From Octopus sinensis (Eukaryota), in NCBI RefSeq assembly GCF_006345805.1, contig NW_021835208.1, positions 1 through 44,008 of the forward strand: a stretch of 44,008 nt of DNA, in the 5' to 3' direction. Position numbers and translations under genes: made by a program. Below the pieces are notes generated by a model. The model made no database searches and was not told the DNA's origin. It worked only from the letters and a program-made list of their open reading frames with translations. This document shows positions 36,799-44,008 of this stretch, piece by piece. Within the stretch, counting starts at the first letter, position 1. Each line of letters opens with the position of its first letter.

Positions 36799-36984
36799 TA
36801 TTTCGTCTGTTGTTACGTTCCGAGTTCAAATTCCGCCGAGGTCGTCTTTGCCTTTCATCCTTTCGGGGTCGATAAATTAAGTAGCAGTTACGTACTGGGG
36901 TCGATGTAATCGACTTAATCCGTTTGTCTGTCCTTGTTTGTCCCCTCTGTGTTTAGCCCCTTGTGGGTAGTAAAGAAATATATA
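36799..36984 (+). mobile_element. 5'-truncated SINE family A with 13-bp TSD
   Basis: aaggtctttgact at 36786-36798 and 36985-36997. Confidence 0.93.
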
Positions 36985-37098
36985 AAGGTCTTTGACTCTT
37001 GTTTCTAGCAATGTAGGTGCTACTTGCTTCCTCAGTCACTATAAGCGACAATAGAATTTTTCCTTTTTGGTTAAATATTGCATCCAGTTACCTTTATT

Positions 37099-37132
<34 letters not shown>

Positions 37133-37912
37133 ATAATATAATTACATACATACATAGGCAGTCACACATACATTGATTTGGGGAGGTTTGCATACGAAAC
37201 GAGAAGAAAGCATCAGCAGGGTTTTAAAAGGGGGAAATTTTGAAGAGAGTTCGAGTAAATACATCTTGACGGGATGGGAACGAAATAAAATATAATTTTA
37301 AAATAACATAAAAAATAATTTTCGTTTCTACAGAGGCGAAAAAAAAAAACAACTCTGGCAAAATGCTAAAGGTATTGTCATTATTGTTCATTTGAGTTAT
37401 TGCCGCTGGTAAAGGCTGCAGATAACAGATTGCGCCTTCATAACTTTTGGCGGAATGATGAAAGCGATAAAAAGACGTTATGGAAAAAGATGGCGACATT
37501 GATAATGACTCGATAATGTTTGAGGTTAATATTGCAGCTGGCCAAATGAAGTAAGCGAGAAAGCAGACAGCTGATCTGCTGAGTTCACAATTCGTTTTAT
37601 ATTCACCTACCACGACACTGTATCCAAGACGCTTAAACTTCAAGGAAAAGTTCCATTCGTCTTTATTTTTTCTACTGTTTTTCTATAACTCGAAACATTT
37701 ACAGCTATGTAATATTACTTACAGAATTATTAACTGAGTTTATCATAATTATCTAATTATTAATAAATTTTGTTGTATTTTAGATGAAAGTCAGTTCATC
37801 AGTAAAAATTTGAAATATAAAAATTCAGCTACTGTTGCTGGTATAAATAAAACATTAAATGAGAACACACAGAGACAGACTCACACGAACACACAGAAAT
37901 ATACTTATATAT

Positions 37913-38313
37913 GCGTAGGAGTGGCTGTGTGGTAAGTAGTTTGCTTACCAACCACATGGTTCCGGGTTCAGTCCCACTGCAAGTGTCTTCTACTATAGCC
38001 TCGGCCGACCAAAGCCTTGTGAATGGATTTGGTAGACGGAAACTGAAAGAATCCCGTCGTATATATGTATGTATATATGTATATGTATATGTGTGTATAT
38101 GTTTGTGTGTCTGTGTTTCTCACACACACCCCTGCCAACATCGCTTGACAACCGATGCTGGTGTGTTTACGTCCCCGTAACTTAGCGGTTTGGTAAAAGA
38201 TACCGATAGAATAAGTACTAGGCTTACAAAGAATGAGTCCTGGGACGATTTGCTTGACTAAAGGTGGTGCTCCAGCATGGCCACAGTCAAATGACTGAAA
38301 CAAGTAAAAGAGT
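37913..38313 (+). mobile_element. SINE family B
   Basis: Family consensus with a small deletion in the head. Confidence 0.92.
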
Positions 38314-38547
38314 ACATACATATACACACACGCACATGTACACACATACACACACACATATATGCATACACGCGCGCACAGTCTCACACACACACACAAA
38401 CACTAAGTCAAACATGATTTACACTTTCGCCAAAACTTCTTTTAGATTGACCACAAGACCTTCAGCCCTGGTGTGCTAAAAAGTGGTTATGTAACCGATA
38501 TTCGACCTTGAACCCTTTAGTTTTCTTTCTTGTATTTCAGAGTAAAG

Positions 38548-38856
38548 ATGGCTGCTCTGCTGGTAGTGTACGCCAAGCAATAATACAGACCAGTGATACA
38601 TCTCTGATCTTAAGGTGTGTTATGGGCTGAAATTCATCGCAGGCTTTCAGTACAATAAGAGGACAGCACTCTACCGCGCAGACGTGTATATGAGTGGATC
38701 GAGAATCTTAAAAGAGGTCGGACAAGTGTGATTCACAAAGAGGGAGCAGGATGCTGATCAACCTCCACCACTGACGAAAAGATTCAAGAAACTTGCGAGA
38801 ATATTCTGGCGAACCAACGAGTTACCATCGATGATTTAGCATGTTCTCTGCAAATT
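38548..38856 (+). pseudogene. Mariner-type transposase N-terminal (HTH) fragment with in-frame stops
   Basis: One frame: MAALLVVYAKQ*YRPVIHL*S*GVLWAEIHRRLSVQ*EDSTLPRRRVYEWIENLKRGRTSVIHKEGAGC*STSTTDEKIQ...NQRVTIDDLA, matching the mariner AEIHRR...VYEW..FK.GRTSV...GRPSTS consensus. Confidence 0.88.
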
Positions 38857-38875
38857 ATATATATGTATATATATA

Positions 38876-39500
38876 TGATGACCGCCCCTCGTTATCGAGT
38901 ATGGCTATTGCACGAAGCTTAACTGTTATTGGTGCTGTGATCGAATGTGACTTTTTAGCTCAGCTAAAGATCTACAATGTCTTGTACAGAATTGGCAGCT
39001 AAAACCTTTACCGGTAATAGCCGGCTGTAGTTGTAACTGGGCTTCATGTACCTTTGCATGTCGTTTAAGTCCTCCTGCCGAATTACACTCTCTTCCACAT
39101 GCTCGACAGATATGATTAGTATGGTGTGTTACACCACCACCAGTGGCCAGGTTGCCAATCATCTGTCTCGTTTTATGACTACGAAGATGACTCTTGAGTC
39201 CAGCTTTACTGAGGCAGAGTCTTGCACAGACACTGCATGTCAGCATCATAGGAAGACCCTTCCCATCTGGAAGTGTAACAGCGATGCCCTTCCTGACATC
39301 CCTCCTTACTTTCTCATGCGCAACTCGAGATTTCTCAAAAAGAAGCTGTCCCCTCGTGCACAATCCTTCTTCACCTGCTACGATCAATAGCTATGCCCTC
39401 CCACGTGTCAGGAGAGATGCAAGCATCTCTTAAGGAAGCCTTCAGCAAGTCCTTATACCTCATTTTTGGTTTATGTTAGCTATGTTAGAACGACCCCCTC

Positions 39501-39503
<3 letters not shown>
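38876..39503 (-). mobile_element. 3' end of an RTE-like non-LTR retrotransposon with three C-terminal C2H2 fingers
   Basis: Minus strand: [36 protein letters not shown] (RTE-like C-terminus), frameshift, then three C-x2-C-x12-H-x3/4-H motifs in ORF 38926-39387; both flanks are (TA)n. Confidence 0.85.
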
Positions 39504-39599
<96 letters not shown>

Positions 39600-39672
39600 C
39601 ATACATACATACATACATACATACATAATACATACATACATACATAATACATACATACATATGTATATGTAT
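39503..39672. repeat. (TA)n/(CATA)n array
   Basis: Directly visible. Confidence 0.95.
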
Positions 39673-40130
39673 ATAACGGAAGGGGAACGAAAGACAATTA
39701 CTGAAACTAGCTACAATTCGATGTGCGAGCATCTGTCTCGGTGCATAGGCGCACATGCGTATGTGCATATGTGTGGGTGCGAGAGGGCGAGAGCAGATAA
39801 AGAAGAGGAGATAGAGGACAGGGTAGAAAAAAAAGGAGGGAGGAATATGTATTTCCTTTCCTGTAGCGATAAAAGTAGTTGGGTAGGGGCACTTGGTTAG
39901 GAGACTATGGGAAACTCATGTTGATACAATAGTCCTAAATCCATCATGTAGTAAAGCTATAAATCTTCCTTCAGAGAGCGTCGGGATAAATATTTTGTCT
40001 TTTTTAATATCACATTAACCTTATTCCCGAATGTGTGTGTGTGTGTTTTGATGGATGTACATATATGTAGATGTGTGTATGTATGTATGTATGTATATGT
40101 ACATGTACATATATAATATGTATACGTGTG

Positions 40131-40171
<41 letters not shown>

Positions 40172-40304
40172 GGAAAGAGGGAATAGTTTTTAAAATTTGG
40201 AGAGACAGAATAAAATATGTTAAAATAATGCGAAGAGGAAGATGGCAATGATAAGGAAGGATGAGTCGTAGAAGAGAGAAAGAAGGATACGCGTAGAAAC
40301 ATGT

Positions 40305-40500
40305 TGAAGAAGAAGAAGAAGAAAAGAAGAAGAAGAAGAAGAAGAAGAAGAAAAGAAGAAGAAGAAGAAGGAAAAGAAGAAGAAGAAGAAGAAGAAGAAG
40401 AAGAAGATGATGATGATGATGATGGCAATTGCATTAATTTATTCTTGTTTGTATTTTTTCCAATTTCGTCAAATAATAATAATAATAATAATAATAATAA
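40305..40500. repeat. (GAA)n-(GAT)n and (TAA)n arrays
   Basis: Directly visible. Confidence 0.95.
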
Positions 40501-41179
40501 TCCTTGTTGTTTTTGATGTTGTTGGCGTTTTTGCTGTCGTTGTTGTTATTTTTATATATTAATATTATTTTTCTTTTTTCATTTTTTTTACTTTATTTTG
40601 CGCTGTTTTTGTTTTGTTTGTTTGTTTGTTTGTTTCAATAATATATTTTCTTGAACCTTTCGTTTCTAAGTTTCCAAAGTATAGTCTCTTAGCTTTTTTT
40701 TGTTACCTTCTCTTTTTCTTTCTCTCCCTCCTTTATTTTTATTTTATTTATTATTTTTTTTGTTTTCTTCTTGTTTACATTCCAAAGCTATTTAACCAAT
40801 ACACATCCGGATATTTATCGTCTTCATATTCTAATTAGTGTTCTTTTTCTCTTGTGTGTTTATTTATATGATTCCTTGCTTGTTTGTGTTTTTCCTGACT
40901 GCAAATATTTGGTTCAACAAGAAGTCAACGAACTGCGACCATTTTTATTTGTTATTTCAGCGTTCTAATAATGGCCATTTCAACCCTTCTAGTTCTTCTC
41001 TTATGGCTTCCAGATATTCGAGTTTCTTTTTCTCTCTTTTTTTTTTTTCAACATTCTAGAGAACAGACCCGATAATGATGATGACGATGAAGACGACGAC
41101 GACGACGACGATGACGATAGTGATGATGATGACTCTGGCTTCCAAATGTTGTTGTTGTTGCTGCTGCTACTGCTATTAC

Positions 41180-41365
41180 TATTGTTGCTTAGTCTCAGGC
41201 TAGTACTGATTGAAAATACTTCAAAAGGACTCCAGTCGTGACCAACACATCTTTATTTCCCAGACATAGTTTATATAAAACATCATTAAGTTTATCCTGC
41301 CTTGTTTTTTAAACAAAGTTGGTAGGTGCAATTTGAGGGGTATTTGGTAGCTACTTCTAACCGGT
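41180..41365 (+). repeat. Old dispersed repeat (remnants also near 2865, 3793, 5749, 5969, 9480, 9963 and 33429)
   Basis: Recurring motif gagatttggctgctatttcta / tagaaatagcagccaaatctc, often near a ccag(t/c)c(g/a)tgacc motif; all copies are degenerate. Confidence 0.45.
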
Positions 41366-42230
41366 CGAACACCCTCGTTGACTCGTAATTCTCTAATAAA
41401 AATTAGCTTGTGATCCTAATTTCAAATGGTCCTCTCCTAGGAATCCTATCACCAACCGACTTAACATGACTGGGAGAAAATATCTCAGATCAGCGTTTTG
41501 CACACTAAAGACTTATGCAATAAGGTCTCACAAATGTAATATATTGAGGTGGAAAATTTTAGTCAACTTAGATTATCCAAGCGATTTGTAGGCAAAAACT
41601 ACTTTTGAGAAGTTTATAACCAAACAACAATACACAAGAGGGAGAACTTCTATCGGATTAGCTGATCGAAAGTTTTGGGTAATATAAAGAATGCCGACAG
41701 GAAACCATGAATGGAATCAGTGTTGTTTTCCGTGGTGGAATACGAACGTCATAATTAACACGACGTCAACGAACAGCCAACGAAGGAGCTTCCAAGGGAG
41801 GGGTTTCTCGATCTGCCAGGAATAATAACAAAATCGCTCACATATCTCACAGTACTGTCTAAAAGAAGGGCAGTACACATCGAATATTCTTGTCCGAGAT
41901 GCAACTTTTTTCTGGGACAGAAGAGCTTATTTTCTCAGTAGTGTAGTAATGAAGTGCGTCTATAGCACAAGAGGATTGCCCTTTTATTTTCTGTCCCTCA
42001 AATAGCACCCGAATCATCTCAAATAAGAAAAGATAGATTTGTCATTGCTGTCCTTCCTTTCATCGTCAGGTCAACAAATAAACAGTGGTGACTTTCTTGA
42101 CACACTTTGTGCTTATCACGAAGGATTTGTGAGCGTCTACAAAGGTTGCTTTCCATTTACTGTCTTCGAATAATAGTTTTCTTACAAATTTGATTGGCCA
42201 TTCAAAACGTGAAGATTCGGAACAAATACC

Positions 42231-42432
42231 TATTTCTTTACTACCCATAAGGGGCTCTAAACACAGAGAGGACAAACAAGGACAGATAAACGGATCAAGT
42301 CAATTATATCGACCCCGGTGCGTAACTGGTACTTAATTTATCGACCCCGAAAGGATGAAAGGCAAAGTCAACCTTGGTGGAATTTGAACTCAGAACGAAA
42401 TACTGCTAAGCATTTAGCCCGACTTGCTAACC
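42231..42432 (-). mobile_element. SINE family A with 9-bp TSD
   Basis: Family consensus with the head deleted; acaaatacc at 42222-42230 and 42433-42441. Confidence 0.9.
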
Positions 42433-42817
42433 ACAAATACCACAAAAACATTTTATTCAACATTCTAATGATTCCGAAAGTGCACTAACTAGAGTTGGTA
42501 CTTGATTTTAAGGAAAACCTAGGTGAGATTTGAACTTAGAAAGTAAAAAACCGGTAAAAATAGATAGGGCATTTTGTCCGTTGTTCTCACGTTTCTGTCA
42601 ATTCTCCAACTTAATGTAGCCCTGTAAAGATGAGGGAAGACCCTCATACACCCTACCCTTTTTTTTTTTCAAGATAATGAAGTTTCATAAACTCCCGAAC
42701 AGAGACAAGATGTTCACTTTTTGAATATATCTAATCACAGGTGTGCTCAGTCCGGATTGAGCTAATGATAAACACATCTAACTCCACCGCCTTTACCACT
42801 TCCCCCATTACATGAGT

Positions 42818-43120
42818 GGAGGCACATGGCCTGGTGGTTAGAGTAGTGGACTCGCAGTCGAGGGATCGCGAGTTCGAATCTCAGACCGGGCGTTGTGTAT
42901 GTTTATGAGCGAAACACCTAAGCTCCACGCAACTCCGGCAGAAGGTAATCGCGAACATCTGCTGACTCTCTCGCCACAACTTCCTCTTACTCTTTCCTCC
43001 TAGATCTTGCAGCTCACCTGCGACGGACCGGCGTCCCGTCTAGGTAGGGAACCTATACGCCTCGGAAACCGGAAAACCGGCCCTTATGAGCCAGGCGTCG
43101 CTCGAGAAGAAATAGACAAT
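42818..43120 (+). mobile_element. SINE family C, tail type 3
   Basis: Shared head and core, then the tail ctgcgacggaccggcgtcccgtctagg...gaaaccgg...ctcgagaag, unrelated to the other two copies. Confidence 0.85.
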
Positions 43121-43440
43121 AAACATTACATGAGCATGTGCGTTCCCAAGATATAATAATCATAAAGATGACAAAGAATGAAGAAGTATCTGATTTGCAT
43201 CACCATAATGTTAACAACTACAAATTTGTAACGGGGCTTTGCAAATGGTTGATCACGTTCAGGGCTGGTGCATCTTTTTCTAATTTATACGACATGGAAA
43301 TAATTTCATTTGACTTACATTACCAAAACACTTAAGAAGGACATAGACCATCACATTTGATATTTTTATGAAAACAATCAATATAATATAAGAAGAGAGA
43401 AGATGACCTCAGCATGATTTGTGTTGGACTAATTATCCTT

Positions 43441-43953
43441 AACCTATTTCTTTACTGCCCACAAGGAGCTAAACACCAGGGGACAAACAAGGACAGACAA
43501 AGGGATTAAGTCGATTACATCGACCCCCAGTGGTAATTGGTACTTATTTATCGACCCCGAAAGGATGAAAGGCAAAGTCGATCCTTACCAGTGTGTGTGT
43601 GTGTGTGTGTATGTGTGTGGTGTTCGTGTGTGTGTTCATGTGTGTGCATGGAGAAGGATATGTTTACCAGAATGCAACCTATTTCTTTACTGCCCACAAG
43701 GGGCTAAACACAGAGGGGACAAACAAGGACAGACAAAGGGATTAAGTCGATTACATCGACCCCCAGTGCGTAATTGGTACTTAATTTATCGACCCCGAAA
43801 GGATGAAAGGCAAAGTCGATCCTTAACCAGTGTGTGTGTGTGTGTGTTCGTGTGTGTGTGTGTTCGTGTGTGTGTGTGTTCGTGTGTGTGTGTGTTCGTG
43901 TGTGTGTGTGTTCGTGTGTGTGCGTGGAGAAGGATATGTTTACCAGAATGCAA
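43441..43953. repeat. Tandem duplication of a truncated SINE A plus (GT)n plus unique flank
   Basis: Units 43441-43675 and 43676-43953 share the same truncation point (gcaaagtcgatcctt) and the flank ggagaaggatatgtttaccagaatgcaa. Confidence 0.9.
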
Positions 43954-44008
43954 ACATCGTAGTGCTTGTTTACTGGGCGGTGGGGGTCAACCGAAGCAGC
44001 TGCAAATC

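Noticed and set aside
37224-37643. 139-aa minus-strand ORF in non-repetitive sequence
   Set aside because: Starts at a non-ATG codon, no recognisable domain, composition typical of a random AT-rich frame.
41400-41650. Possible mariner C-terminal remnant on the minus strand
   Set aside because: No clear YSPDLAPSD or D34D motif can be read.
43590-43925. Regularly spaced repeats (gtgtgtgtgtgttc units) as a CRISPR-like array
   Set aside because: Low-complexity microsatellite variants in eukaryotic DNA; no unique spacers and no cas genes.

Overview
AT-rich, repeat-saturated animal non-coding DNA (intron or intergenic). From recall of the SINE consensus sequences it is most likely a cephalopod (Octopus); this was not database-checked. 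I recognise no intact host gene. Nearly every ORF in the supplied track is a translated microsatellite. The window contains: (i) three tRNA-head SINE families (called A, B and C here; about 25 copies, several with 9-18 bp TSDs and nested in each other); (ii) decayed LINE pieces: a HERO-like RLE element (13150-14848), an R4/Dong-like RLE fragment (about 27050-27620) and an RTE-like 3' end with three C2H2 fingers (38876-39503, minus); (iii) a mariner transposase fragment, two non-autonomous Helitrons, a TIR MITE family and several fold-back elements; (iv) long simple-sequence arrays. The most interesting signal is four minimal type I hammerhead-ribozyme-like motifs (16669-16713 minus, 20897-20946, 36066-36107, 36416-36469). 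Each has a tiny palindromic stem III, sits in a short non-coding element whose 3' tail runs into (TA)n, and two lie beside inverted copies of their own tail. This is the architecture of Penelope-like/retrozyme termini. Together they use three different base pairs at core positions 3-8 (C-G, U-A, G-C). Folding was done by eye and activity is untested.
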